A stretch of 64,000 bases of DNA, from the NCBI GenBank assembly GCA_963850375.1, contig CAWKKV010000002.1, positions 1,059,943 through 1,123,942 of the forward strand. The letters run 5' to 3'. The position numbers were made by a program, and so were the translations under genes. The stretch is from an uncultured Acidobacteriaceae bacterium. GTDB taxonomy: Bacteria > Acidobacteriota > Terriglobia > Terriglobales > Acidobacteriaceae. Shown here piece by piece: positions 35,275 to 45,353 of the stretch. Under the pieces are notes generated by a model, which saw only the letters and a program-made list of their open reading frames with translations, searched no databases and was not told the DNA's origin. The stretch's first letter is position 1. Each line of letters opens with the position of its first letter.

Positions 35275-35476
35275 CGTTCCTCCTAATGTTGTGTGACCTC
35301 ATTCGGGCATGAACTCGTGGCTCGCTCATCCGAAGCGTCAGAACAGGTCCTCTCAAAGGAACCTCTAAGTACTAGGCGATTCGAGAAATCTTGAGTGGAG
35401 GGAGACAAAGGTGGTACTTACGTGGTATTTTGCCACCGTTGGTCAACAGCCTATGTTGATGTCGGGAGAATTCTCA

Positions 35477-35650
35477 ATGAACCACCCTTTTCTGCTGTTC
35501 GTCATCGGCTGTTGGATCGGATGTATCGGAGGTATCTTCATCGCGGGGCTCCTGTCCGTGTCGTTTGTACGAAAGTCCGAAGGCGATGGTGCCATGCTGC
35601 AATCGGGTCACGCTGGTGCACATGAGGTGCATCAGTTCGGCCGGCTCTAG
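35477..35650 (+). CDS. Small single-TM protein (57 aa)
   Basis: GGGAGA Shine-Dalgarno, hydrophobic FVIGCWIGCIGGIFIAGLL. Confidence 0.45.
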   Translation: MNHPFLLFVIGCWIGCIGGIFIAGLLSVSFVRKSEGDGAMLQSGHAGAHEVHQFGRL

Positions 35651-35921
35651 GTTCAGGAGACACCCCCGAAAACTCAAGGCCTTCCTTCGAGAGACCCCCT
35701 CCACACTCCTCCAATGAGTGCGTAAGTTGCTACAGGTGTCTTCTTAGTTGACTGCTATGCTAACTACACTACCACCGGCCAGCCCGGGAAGAGCAGATAT
35801 CTTCTCGCTGTTTCAGGGTGCAGAGTGTTAGTCGGCACTAAGAAGAACAGGCCACTTCAGCCTGCCGCGTGTTCAGACAATCCAAGAGCCTGACCGCCCA
35901 CGGTCGGTACACGGAGAACAT

Positions 35922-37607
35922 CTGCTATCCGCATACGCGCAGTCCCCCGTCTCGCCCACTGATTCCCATTCCGGAACACCTCGACGAGCGGCCGCCCCAC
36001 TCGCCCTCCTGCTCGCGCTAAGCCTCCTCTACGTGCTCGCCTTCACGCTTCTCGTCAGCGTGCAGCACCGCGCTCACGGCTTCCCGCTGGATGACTCCTA
36101 CATCCATCAGACCGTCGCTCGCAATCTTGCAGAGCACGGCAGCCTGGGCTTTGTCATCGGAAAGCGCTCCTCCGGTGCCACGAGCCTGCTTTGGACGCTG
36201 ATCCAGGCCTCACGCTACCGGCTGCTCGGCTCCGTCGACCCGGTCTGGTTCAACATCGCGCTCAGCTACGCCCTGCTCGTCTCGATAGCTCTGCTGCTCT
36301 ATCGCATCGCCTATCGCGACGGTCTGCCGCAACCAGTCTGTCTTCTCCTCGCCGCCACGCCCGCCCTGTCTGGAAACTTCCTTTGGCTCGGGCTCATCGG
36401 CATGGAGCACCTCCTGTTTGTCTTCTTCTCCTTGCTCGCAATCTATCTCTGGTTCGATCCGGAGCCGCATACCCTGCTCAACTCTGCCGCCGCTGGCTTC
36501 GTCTCAGGCCTGCTCGTCATCACCCGCCCTGAGGCCGTCGTCTTCGGCCCGCTCATGCTCGTCGCCTCTCTCCGTTTCCGGCGGCGCAGATCCCGGCGCG
36601 AGCTGGTCGTCTTCGCCCTTCCCTGGGGGGCGTTCCTCGCGCTTTCGCTCAGCGTGAACTGGTGGACCTCCGGCGCGCTCATGCCCGCCACCCTCAAGGG
36701 CAGAACCTGGCTCTACTTCCACAGCACCGGCGGTGCACACTCCGTCCGTTCCATCACCCGCTTCTGCGGCAGCTGGGTTCAGCGCCTCCCCCGCCACTTC
36801 AGCACCCACTTCACCCACCAGATGGTCTCCGTCCGCGAGATCTTCACCGGGGAGTCGCTCTTCGGCATAGCCCTCCTCGCCCTCGTTCTCGTCGGCGCAG
36901 TCGCGCTCCTCCGAAGGCGTCCCCTGGCAGTTACCTTTCTGCTCCTTTGGGCAGCTATTCACTTCACGATCTACATGGTCAGCTTCCCCGCCGGCGGACA
37001 CGGCGGACGCTACCAACCGCTCAATCTCCTCCTGTTCTTCCCCCTCCTCTTCCTTGGTTGTGCCGCTCTGCTCGGTCGTCTTCTACCTCGTCGCCACAAT
37101 ATCGTTGCAGGCACCGTCGTCGCGCTTGCGCTTATAGCCGCCTACACCTCGATCTCCACGTGGCGAACCGTCGCCTTCGTCGGCATCTCTCACATCAACG
37201 ACACCCACGGCAGAATCGCTCTCTGGATGCGGCAGAACATCCCCTCAAACGCCCGCTTTGCAGCCTTCGACATCGGCCGGGTCAGCTACGATTGGCCCAG
37301 CCAGGTCATCGATCTCGGCGGCCTCGTCGACCCAACCTACTATCACTACCTCCGCGACGGCGACGTCCCCCTCTACCTCCAGCGCGAGAACGTCGAGTAC
37401 CTCCTGCTTCCAAGCGCTGGCACCGAGGACTTCGGCTTCACCCCGGAGATGACTGCCCACCCCCTTATAGAGTTCTGCAGCCCCAGAGAGCCCTGGCTGC
37501 TCGGCTTTCGCTATACCATTCACGCTACCCAGTGTCAGCGCCTGTACCGCCTCGCCACCCGGCCGGAGAACGACGAGCCGGGTCCCTCCCCCCAACCCGC
37601 TCACTGA
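35922..37607 (+). CDS. Multi-pass membrane protein, putative GT-C-type glycosyltransferase (start uncertain)
   Basis: DDSYIH motif after the first TM, GME, RPE, GRYQP and DLGGL motifs; adjacent to the EPS locus. Confidence 0.6.
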   Translation: MLSAYAQSPVSPTDSHSGTPRRAAAPLALLLALSLLYVLAFTLLVSVQHRAHGFPLDDSYIHQTVARNLAEHGSLGFVIGKRSSGATSLLWTLIQASRYRLLGSVDPVWFNIALSYALLVSIALLLYRIAYRDGLPQPVCLLLAATPALSGNFLWLGLIGMEHLLFVFFSLLAIYLWFDPEPHTLLNSAAAGFVSGLLVITRPEAVVFGPLMLVASLRFRRRRSRRELVVFALPWGAFLALSLSVNWWTSGALMPATLKGRTWLYFHSTGGAHSVRSITRFCGSWVQRLPRHFSTHFTHQMVSVREIFTGESLFGIALLALVLVGAVALLRRRPLAVTFLLLWAAIHFTIYMVSFPAGGHGGRYQPLNLLLFFPLLFLGCAALLGRLLPRRHNIVAGTVVALALIAAYTSISTWRTVAFVGISHINDTHGRIALWMRQNIPSNARFAAFDIGRVSYDWPSQVIDLGGLVDPTYYHYLRDGDVPLYLQRENVEYLLLPSAGTEDFGFTPEMTAHPLIEFCSPREPWLLGFRYTIHATQCQRLYRLATRPENDEPGPSPQPAH

Positions 37608-37685
37608 TTCCGCTCGCCCAAGCGAAACCCTTCACCCCCGCGGCTCAGCTAGAATCGAATCAGGATCTCTATGCGTCTGATATCT

Positions 37686-38379
37686 ATGAAGCTCGCCTCC
37701 CCCAGCGCTCTCGCCGCCGCCGCCGCCTCTCCTTCTGGCGCTCCCCCTCTCCGCACAGCAGGCCGTACCTGCCGGCCAGGGCGACACCTTCAAAGACACC
37801 TCCCCCATCAAGCCTCCCATCGGCGCCAAAGTCGCCATCTACGAGTTCGAAGACCTCGAGTGCCCCGCCTGCTCCCGGGCCTTCCCCATCGTCCACGCCG
37901 CGGTCGATCACTACAAGATCCCGCTCGTCCGCCACGACTTCCCCCTCCGCATGCACATCTGGAGCCTCGACGCCGCCATCAACGCCCGCTACATCCAGGA
38001 CAAGATCTCCCCGCAGGCTGCCGAAGAGTACCGCCGCGCCGTCTTCGCCAATCAGAACTCCATCTCCAGCAAGGAAGATCTCCAGGCCTTCACCCAGAAG
38101 TACTTCCAGTCGCACGGCCGCGTCATGCCCTTTGTCGTCGATCCCACCGGCCAGTTCGCCCGCGAGGTCAACGACGACTACACCCTTGGCGAACGCATCG
38201 GCATCATCCACACGCCCAGCGTCTTTGTCGTCAGCACCAAGGGCTGGGTTCAGATCATTGACATCAACCAGCTCTATGCCACCCTCGACACCGTCATCGC
38301 TCAGGTCGGTGGGGTAGGGAACACCTCGACCGCCGCCGCCAACTCCAAGCTCCGTCATCCACCCACAGCGCAGCGATAG
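37686..38379 (+). CDS. DsbA/thioredoxin-fold protein; frameshift in the signal peptide near 37725
   Basis: EFEDLECPAC, RHDFPL and GIIHTPSVFV (cis-Pro loop) in the frame of ORF 37951..38379. Confidence 0.85.
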
Positions 38380-38400
38380 GGCAAAACACGCAGCTCTCTC

Positions 38401-38425
38401 TGGCCTCCCCACCCCGGGGAGGCCA
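38401..38425. terminator. Hairpin between convergent genes
   Basis: tggcctcccc-acccc-ggggaggcca. Confidence 0.6.
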
Positions 38426-38431
38426 TCGTGT

Positions 38432-38833
38432 TTACTCGCTCAAGCTCTTCGCCAGCCCCGCCACACCCCCGAGCACACCCTGCAACTCCGCAGCGATCCC
38501 GTGCCGCTCCCCGAGGTACTCCGCGCTGTTGTACGTCAGCAGCGCCCCTCCGCCGCTGCCATCCTCCCGAATCAGCATCTTCAATGGCAGATCAATCGCA
38601 ACTGCCGGTGCGGCCAGCATCAGCGGCGTCCCTGCCTTCGGGCTTCCAAAGATCACCAGCTTCGTCGCCGGCATCGAGAGACCCACCTTCGCTGCCTCGC
38701 CGCTATGGTCCACCACCGCAAACACCGTCACGCCCTTCGTCGCCAGCAGTTCCAGCAGCCGTCCGAGGCTCTCGTCCACGCCGTATCGGCTTCGCACCGT
38801 CACCAGCCCGGCCCCATCCTCCCCAATCGCCAT
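38432..38833 (-). CDS. DUF302 domain protein
   Basis: VFAVVDHSGEAAKVGL, FGSPKAGTPLM, DLPLK. Confidence 0.88.
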   Translation of the reverse strand: MAIGEDGAGLVTVRSRYGVDESLGRLLELLATKGVTVFAVVDHSGEAAKVGLSMPATKLVIFGSPKAGTPLMLAAPAVAIDLPLKMLIREDGSGGGALLTYNSAEYLGERHGIAAELQGVLGGVAGLAKSLSE

Positions 38834-38942
38834 CGCCGTTCCCTTTCCTTTTCACGAGATCGCCACAGCGGTCAGCGTATCCTAACCCCAGCGTTACGGC
38901 CTCACCCATCTCCGCTGACCACACTCGAGAACGCAACCGGAC

Positions 38943-40115
38943 ATGCACAAGACCGCAGCCCTCCTGGTACTCTTCGCCGCCGTGCCCCTCTCCGCCCAGC
39001 AAGCCGCCACCGCCCCTGATTCCTGGCTTCGCCTCATGGAGACGGCGCGCGCCCACGCCCGCAGCCACGGCGCCACAACCTCCCCCGTTCTCTCACCGCA
39101 GGATCGCCTCATTCTCGACGGCAGTATCTCCGTCCAAGCCCTCCACGCCGCAGGGCTTCCGCATCGTCCCCTGGACCACCAACGATCCTGCGAAGATGCG
39201 TGACCTCATCCGCCTCGGCGTGGATGGCATCATCTCCGACCGTCCCGACCTCCTCCATGACGTCGTCGCCGAAGCCCGGCGTTCCCGATCTCTCCCCCCG
39301 GCGAAGCCGAGCGCCTCGCCCACTTCGACATCGCCGCCCACCGTGGCGGCCGTGGCCTCCGTCCCGAAAACACTCTCCCCTCCTTTGAGTCCGGCCTCGA
39401 CAACCTCATCACCACCATCGAAACCGATACCGGCGTCACCGGCGACGGTCAGTCCCTCATCTGGCACGATCAGTTCCTCAACCCAGACTCCTGCCGTCGC
39501 GCCGATGGCAAGCCCTACACCTTCGAGCATCCCGTCTACATACGCGACATCTCCCTTGCTGAGGCGCAGCACACCTTCATCTGCGACAAGCTCAAACCGT
39601 CCGCCTTCCCTGACCAGCGCAACGATCTCGCACTCTCTCCCGTCGCCTCCGCCTACGCCCGTCAGGAAGGCCTGCGTAACCCCTACGTCCCTACCGACGC
39701 CGCCCAACTCTTCGACTTCGTCCGCTTCTACGCCGATTACTACCGCACCGGTCCCGGACGCACTCACCCCCACGCCATCGAGCGCGCGCTCACCGCCGAA
39801 AAGGTCCGCTTTAATCTCGAGACCAAGATCCTTCCCGAACACCTCCCCGCCACCGTCGCGGAAAAGCTCCCACCAGGAGCTCCCCCCGACCTTCACCAGA
39901 ACCACACCGTCGGTCCTCAGGCCTTCGTCGACGCCCTCACCCGCGCCATCCTCACGCAACACATGGAGGCCCGCTCGGAGATCCAGAGCTTCGACTTCCG
40001 CACCCTCGTTCTCGTAGAAGAACAGCACCCGCACATCCCCACGTACTACCTCGTCGAGGATGCCGGCCTCCTCGCAACAGACTTCGTCCCCGCATCACTC
40101 CGGCAAACGCCCTAG
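38943..40115 (+). CDS. Secreted glycerophosphodiester phosphodiesterase family protein; two compensating frameshifts (near 39152 and 39290); permuted motif order
   Basis: AHRGGRGLRPENTL, IETD, IWHD, NLETK, IQSFD and PWTTND..GVDGIISDRPD. Confidence 0.82.
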
Positions 40116-40121
40116 CCCAAC

Positions 40122-40156
40122 AAAAAGAGCGGCGCAGCCCGGAGGCCGCGCCGCTC
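40122..40156. terminator. Intrinsic terminator between convergent genes
   Basis: A run followed by gagcggcgc...gcgccgctc stem. Confidence 0.7.
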
Positions 40157-40175
40157 ATCTGCTCTTCTTATTACG

Positions 40176-41984
40176 TTACGGATTGCTGGATGTCTGCGGA
40201 GTTCCGGCGACCGGTGTCCCCGCAGGTGGAATCAGGAAGTTCAGCCCGCGAACCGTCCCCAGGCCCGTCACCTTGTCGTATCCAGGCTTCGTCGAGTAGT
40301 CCCCGTTGTACCCGGGGATGTTTTCACGGAACACATTGCTGAGAATTCCTAGACTCTGCTCTGCCTGCTCCGAGTACAGGATGTAGTTCGCATTGCCCTG
40401 CCGCGACTGGTCGCGCTGGATCTTCAACGCCAGCAGCCCTGCAAAGTCCGGAGCCGCCGCACTGGTTCCAACGAGCCCAATGTACAGGTTGTCCCAAACC
40501 GCGTAATCAAAGCTCCGGTCAGGACCACACGGCGTAACCGACCCTTGCGGGCAGCCACCCATGTGCAGCGAAACGTCAGGCACAGTGCGGAACTTCGATC
40601 CGGTCGTCACCAGCTTCTGGAACGACGGCTTCTTGTAATAAATGCTCTCGCCACCGCCCGATCCCCAAACCGCACCCGTTGCCGGCGTGCCGTAGAAGAT
40701 GTCCCCGACCAGCGGATCGTCGTCTGCGTTCTCGCGAACATACACCGAGCTCAGCGGGCTGCTCGGCGAAACCGCCGTAACCAGGTTCGTTCCGCCAACA
40801 CCCGTCACGTGCGGGCTCGAGGCCGGCGTCTCCACGCCGGGCTGCATGCTTCCGCACGCGCTCGTCGCATCCGGTGCAAAGCACGCTAACGGAGGAATCG
40901 CCAGCGCACCGGAGTCGCCCGACGACGCCACAAACGAGATCCCCTGCGCATTGCCCTGCGCAAACAGATCGTCATACACCGCCAGGATGCCCGTGTAATC
41001 CTGACCGCCGTTGTACTCCGGTGCATACTGGAGCTCCGGTCCGCCAAACGACATGCTCAGCACATCCACGGCGTTCCCCTCGACCACATCTATAAGCCCG
41101 GCAAGGATGCTGTCGTCGTAAAGGTCCGGGATGTTGTAAAGCGCCAGCAGTGCCTTCGGGGCCATACCGCCCGTCTGCTGCAGATCAAGCGCCGTCTCGA
41201 CCGAGTCACCCGTGCCGAACGGAGCTCCACCTTCGACCGGTATCTCGACGACATACGGGGCCGCGATCTTCTCATGCCCGAAGTACTTGGCCATATCCGC
41301 CGGCAGATAGCTACCGCTCATAAGAATGCCGATGATCACGCCCGTTCCGTCATAGGCCTTGAAGCTTGGGTAGCTATAAGCCTGCTTCAGGTCCGTAAAC
41401 CAGTACCCCCCGGTCGGGCTATAACGATTGTCCGGAGTTGCCGCCGCGTGCACCTGGATGGAGTGATTCTTCATCCGGATCCGTCCCGAAAGCCCCGCCA
41501 CAACACCGTCCGCCGCGCTCACCGAAGAGGGAAGCAGAAACGGCCGCGAAAAGGCCACTGTCTTCTTTCCACTCGGAAACACTCCGTTGGCCAGCTCGCT
41601 TGAAAACGCCTTCTCTACATCCTTGGCCGCCCCGCTCACATGCAGTCGCCTCGGGCCCAACGCCTTCACCGTCAGCCCCTCCGAGGCAAGCTCTGCTTCG
41701 ATCGCGGAGATCTTGCTCGGCTCCACCCCAAACCGCGCATTGAACTCAGCCGGCTTCAGCCACTTGTGATACTGGGCCGACTTCGGGTCATGCAACGAGT
41801 CCAGCAGAGTCTCCAGCTGGTCCCTGTGTTGAATCGGCAGAAATACGTCAAACTCTACCTTCTGCGTCGCGGCCGCACGCGCAGTCAACTTCGCCTGCTC
41901 CGCCGCATGGCCGGTTAACGGCACGCCCACACACGTCGCAAACAACGCCACGGCAGGCAGGACTCTCCCAAGAAACAATCGCAT
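40176..41984 (-). CDS. S53 (sedolisin/kumamolisin) serine peptidase with pro-domain
   Basis: Pro-kumamolisin-type YHKWLKPAEFNARFG, ETALD, SSGDSG, GTSAAAP, GYDKVTGLG. Confidence 0.92.
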   Translation of the reverse strand: MRLFLGRVLPAVALFATCVGVPLTGHAAEQAKLTARAAATQKVEFDVFLPIQHRDQLETLLDSLHDPKSAQYHKWLKPAEFNARFGVEPSKISAIEAELASEGLTVKALGPRRLHVSGAAKDVEKAFSSELANGVFPSGKKTVAFSRPFLLPSSVSAADGVVAGLSGRIRMKNHSIQVHAAATPDNRYSPTGGYWFTDLKQAYSYPSFKAYDGTGVIIGILMSGSYLPADMAKYFGHEKIAAPYVVEIPVEGGAPFGTGDSVETALDLQQTGGMAPKALLALYNIPDLYDDSILAGLIDVVEGNAVDVLSMSFGGPELQYAPEYNGGQDYTGILAVYDDLFAQGNAQGISFVASSGDSGALAIPPLACFAPDATSACGSMQPGVETPASSPHVTGVGGTNLVTAVSPSSPLSSVYVRENADDDPLVGDIFYGTPATGAVWGSGGGESIYYKKPSFQKLVTTGSKFRTVPDVSLHMGGCPQGSVTPCGPDRSFDYAVWDNLYIGLVGTSAAAPDFAGLLALKIQRDQSRQGNANYILYSEQAEQSLGILSNVFRENIPGYNGDYSTKPGYDKVTGLGTVRGLNFLIPPAGTPVAGTPQTSSNP

Positions 41985-42200
41985 GCAATACCCTCAAGGC
42001 TTAAAGTCCCTTCCTCCCCCGGCGTCTCCGGACAACTCTGCGTGTGTGAAGGGAAGAGTGTGGGTAAGGTATCGGCACTATGGAAGAAAGCGCAAGCGCA
42101 TATTTTTGCACAAGGGCACTCGCAACACGCCGGCCCCGATCGGAGAAGTCTCACTGAAATGCGGTGCCCATCTTCGCCTGCGGCCCCGAACCCGGATCAC

Positions 42201-42890
42201 CTACCGCGCCATAAAGATCAGGAAGTAATCCTGCCCGTCAGCCTTGGTAAAGTCATACCGGCCCTCCACCCGAAACCCCGCCTCCGCCATCTCCTCTTCC
42301 ACCACCTTGCGGTCCAGACCGTGGTCCGTGCCGCTGCCGTTCCGGTCAATGATCCCCACCTTCGCGCCCGCCTTCAGCATCCCGCGCAGCTCCCGCATCA
42401 CCGGAATCGGGTGCGCGATCTCGTGGTACACCTTCAGCATCAGCACCGCATCCACGCTGTGCGGCGGCAGCTTCAGCTCGTCCGCCGTCCCCAGCACCGT
42501 CCGCACGTTGCCCAGCTTCTCCTTTTGCACCCGCTTCGAAATGTACTCGATCGCCTTCGGGTTAATGTCCTCCGCATACACCGTGCCCGCAGGCCCCACT
42601 CGCTGCGCCGCCCGCACCGTAAACCACCCCGAGCCGGCCCCCACATCCGCAACGCTTCGGCCCGGCTCAATCCCCAGCAGATCCATCACCCGTCCGATCT
42701 GCAGCTTCTTGTCTCGGTCCGGGTACTCAAAAATCCCCAGGTCGCCCGCGTACGGTGTGCTTGTCGGTCGCTGCGCTGTCGCCGCTCCTGTACCCGCCTG
42801 CCCCGCCGCGTGCCCTGCGACCCCCGACAAGCTCGCTGCCAGCACGAACCCCACCCACATCTGCTTCGACCACACGCCCGTCACGCTCAT
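42201..42890 (-). CDS. Class I SAM-dependent methyltransferase with signal-like N-terminus
   Basis: VADVGAGSGWFT, VYAEDI, YHEI. Confidence 0.88.
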   Translation of the reverse strand: MSVTGVWSKQMWVGFVLAASLSGVAGHAAGQAGTGAATAQRPTSTPYAGDLGIFEYPDRDKKLQIGRVMDLLGIEPGRSVADVGAGSGWFTVRAAQRVGPAGTVYAEDINPKAIEYISKRVQKEKLGNVRTVLGTADELKLPPHSVDAVLMLKVYHEIAHPIPVMRELRGMLKAGAKVGIIDRNGSGTDHGLDRKVVEEEMAEAGFRVEGRYDFTKADGQDYFLIFMAR

Positions 42891-43135
42891 CCCTCCAGCA
42901 TCCTCCCTTTTACCCTGCCCAGCAATCCTCACCCGAGAGCCCTTTTCACCTCGTCGGCAACCCGGCCCACGCTTTTCGAATCTCGGCACATAGCCCTGCT
43001 ACGTCGGCCCTTAGCGAAGCGGGGAGAAGCAGGCGTACAATTCGGCACGTTCGACGGACCGGCAGCCTTTGCTCTTAACCTCTGCAATCGCATCGCAGTC
43101 CTAATCTGGTTTCAATGCTCGTAGGAGGAACGGTT

Positions 43136-44119
43136 ATGCCAAAGCGCAAGTCGGCTCTTGCCCTCGCGTCCATCACCCTCGCTGTCTTCGCCCTCACCTC
43201 CTGTCAGCACAGCGGCACGTACTATCTCATCTCCAACAACCTCAAGCTGCCCTACTGGAAGACCGTCAACAGCGGCTTCACCAAGGCCGCCCAGGAGTAC
43301 GGCGTCAACGCCCGCCTCGATGGCCCTGACGATTACAACGCCGCCGCCGAGCTCGCCGCCTTCCGCAAAGCCGTCGCCCAGAAACCCCAGGGCATCCTCA
43401 TCTCCGTCGCCGACGCCGTCACCTTTCGCGAGGAGATCGTCAACGCCGTAGAAGCCGGCATCCCCGTCATCACCGTCGACTCCGACGCCCCCACCAGCGC
43501 GCGCCTCTTCTTCATCGGCACCGACAACCTCGCCGCCGGCCACCTCGGCGGACAGCGGCTCGTCGAAAAGCTCCATGGCAAAGGAAACGTCGTCTTCTAC
43601 TCCATCCCCGGGCAGCCCAACCTTGATGAGCGCCTCCGCGGCTACAAAGACATCCTCTCCGACCACCCCCAGATGAAGATCGTCGACATCCTCAACGTCA
43701 AAGGCGATCCCGGCATCGCCTTCGACCAGACCAAGCAGTATCTTGCCAAGACCGGAGGGGAAAAGGTCGACGCCTTCGTCTCACTCGAGTCCTCCTCCGG
43801 CCCCGCAATCGCCGACGTCCTCAAGCGCGAACACGCAACCGACCGCCTCCTCATCGCCATGGACGTCGGCCCTGACACCCTCAGCCTCATCCAGGACGGC
43901 ACCATCGACTCCACCGTCTCGCAAAAACCCTACTCCATGGGCTTCGTCGGTCTCGCTCTACTCGATCAAATCCACCATCACAAGCCCGAGCACTTCCAGA
44001 ACAACTACGTCGTCGATACCTTCTCCCGCTACCCGACCTTTGTCGACACAGGCACTGCCCTCGTCACCAAGGACAACGTGAGCGTCTATCAGGAGAGCGC
44101 ATCCAAGGCGGCCCAGTAA
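43136..44119 (+). CDS. Periplasmic sugar-binding lipoprotein (RbsB/LacI fold)
   Basis: Lipobox LTSC, GIPVITVDSD, IGTDNLAAG, QKPYSMG; AGGAGG Shine-Dalgarno. Confidence 0.88.
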   Translation: MPKRKSALALASITLAVFALTSCQHSGTYYLISNNLKLPYWKTVNSGFTKAAQEYGVNARLDGPDDYNAAAELAAFRKAVAQKPQGILISVADAVTFREEIVNAVEAGIPVITVDSDAPTSARLFFIGTDNLAAGHLGGQRLVEKLHGKGNVVFYSIPGQPNLDERLRGYKDILSDHPQMKIVDILNVKGDPGIAFDQTKQYLAKTGGEKVDAFVSLESSSGPAIADVLKREHATDRLLIAMDVGPDTLSLIQDGTIDSTVSQKPYSMGFVGLALLDQIHHHKPEHFQNNYVVDTFSRYPTFVDTGTALVTKDNVSVYQESASKAAQ

Positions 44120-44133
44120 TCTCATCGCCGCTC

Positions 44134-44170
44134 AAAAACAATGGCCCGCAGAGCTCTCTCTGCGGGCCAT
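44134..44170. terminator. Intrinsic terminator between convergent genes
   Basis: atggcccgcagag-ctct-ctctgcgggccat with upstream A run. Confidence 0.8.
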
Positions 44171-44194
44171 CTTCGTCTCTGCAACAAGCCGCTC

Positions 44195-44944
44195 TTAGCG
44201 CAAACCGCCCGAAGCCAGCAGCGTCTCGCCCGTCATCCATCCCGAGTCCGACGACGCCAGGAACACCGCGACCGGTGCAATATCATCCGGCTGGCCCGTT
44301 CGTCCAAGCGGCGTCTGCTTCACCGCCTCCTTCTCGAAGTCGCCACCAGAGAATCCAGCCGCCTCAAATCCCTCCGTGACCACCACGCCGGGGTTGATCG
44401 AGTTCACACGGATCTTCCGCTGCCCAAACTCCTTGGACAGTCCCCGCGTCACCGCATCGACCGCTCCCTTCGTCGCCAGGTACACCGAGGCGTTCGGAGG
44501 ATTCAAAGAGCTGATCGCCGATCCGATGTTGATAATGCTTCCCCCGTCGCCATTGAAGTGCTTCACGGCCTCCTGCGTCGTCAGGATCAGGCCCAGCACG
44601 TTGAGGTTGAACTGCTTGTGAAAGCTCTCCTCGGTGATCGCTTCAATCGGTCCAAACTCGTACACGCCGGCGTTGTTCACCAGCACGTCCAGCTTCCCGT
44701 ACGCCTTCTTCGTCGCAGCAAACAGGCTCGCAATGTCCGCCTGCTTCGATACGTCCGCCTGGACCGCAAGAGCCTCTCCACCGGCTGCCTTGATCTCCGC
44801 AACCACCTTGTCGGCTCCGGCCTTGCTCGAGCTGTAGTTCACTACGACCGATGCGCCCTCAGCCGCAAGAGCCTTCGCGATACCAGCGCCAATACCCTTC
44901 GACGCTCCCGTAACAACCGCTACCTTGTTCTTCAGCTTGCTCAT
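44195..44944 (-). CDS. SDR family oxidoreductase (glucose 1-dehydrogenase/FabG-like)
   Basis: TGASKGIG, NNAG, YLATK. Confidence 0.92.
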   Translation of the reverse strand: MSKLKNKVAVVTGASKGIGAGIAKALAAEGASVVVNYSSSKAGADKVVAEIKAAGGEALAVQADVSKQADIASLFAATKKAYGKLDVLVNNAGVYEFGPIEAITEESFHKQFNLNVLGLILTTQEAVKHFNGDGGSIINIGSAISSLNPPNASVYLATKGAVDAVTRGLSKEFGQRKIRVNSINPGVVVTEGFEAAGFSGGDFEKEAVKQTPLGRTGQPDDIAPVAVFLASSDSGWMTGETLLASGGLR

Positions 44945-45031
44945 ATCTCCTGCTCCTCGTGGCCGCATGTCATTTCGACGGTCATCGAATTGATGGCACG
45001 AAGTAGATCCAACGATTCACCGGGAATCGAT

Positions 45032-45328
45032 TTAAATCTCGGCCATGTGCTGGAGATACGCCCGCAGGACCTCGCGTCGCAGTCGGTAGATCACGAACTT
45101 CCCTTCTCGCTCAGAGTCCACCAGTCCCGCCAACTCCAGCTCCTTCATGTGATGGGACAGTGTCGCAGGGCTCACGCACACGCTCCCCCGAACCGAGGAA
45201 CAGCTCACCCGCTCCCCCTCCTCGGCTCCGAGGCGCTTCAGGATCTCGTAACGTCGTGGATCCGCCAGCGCCCGTGCGACCGCCTGAACCTGCTCCTCTG
45301 TCAGAGCGATCTCCCGTTCCGCCTTCAT
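45032..45328 (-). CDS. ArsR/SmtB family transcriptional regulator
   Basis: ALADPRRYEIL, SPATLSHHMKEL..AGLV. Confidence 0.88.
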   Translation of the reverse strand: MKAEREIALTEEQVQAVARALADPRRYEILKRLGAEEGERVSCSSVRGSVCVSPATLSHHMKELELAGLVDSEREGKFVIYRLRREVLRAYLQHMAEI

Positions 45329-45353
45329 CTCACCCGCCCCCGCTCGCAAGAAC

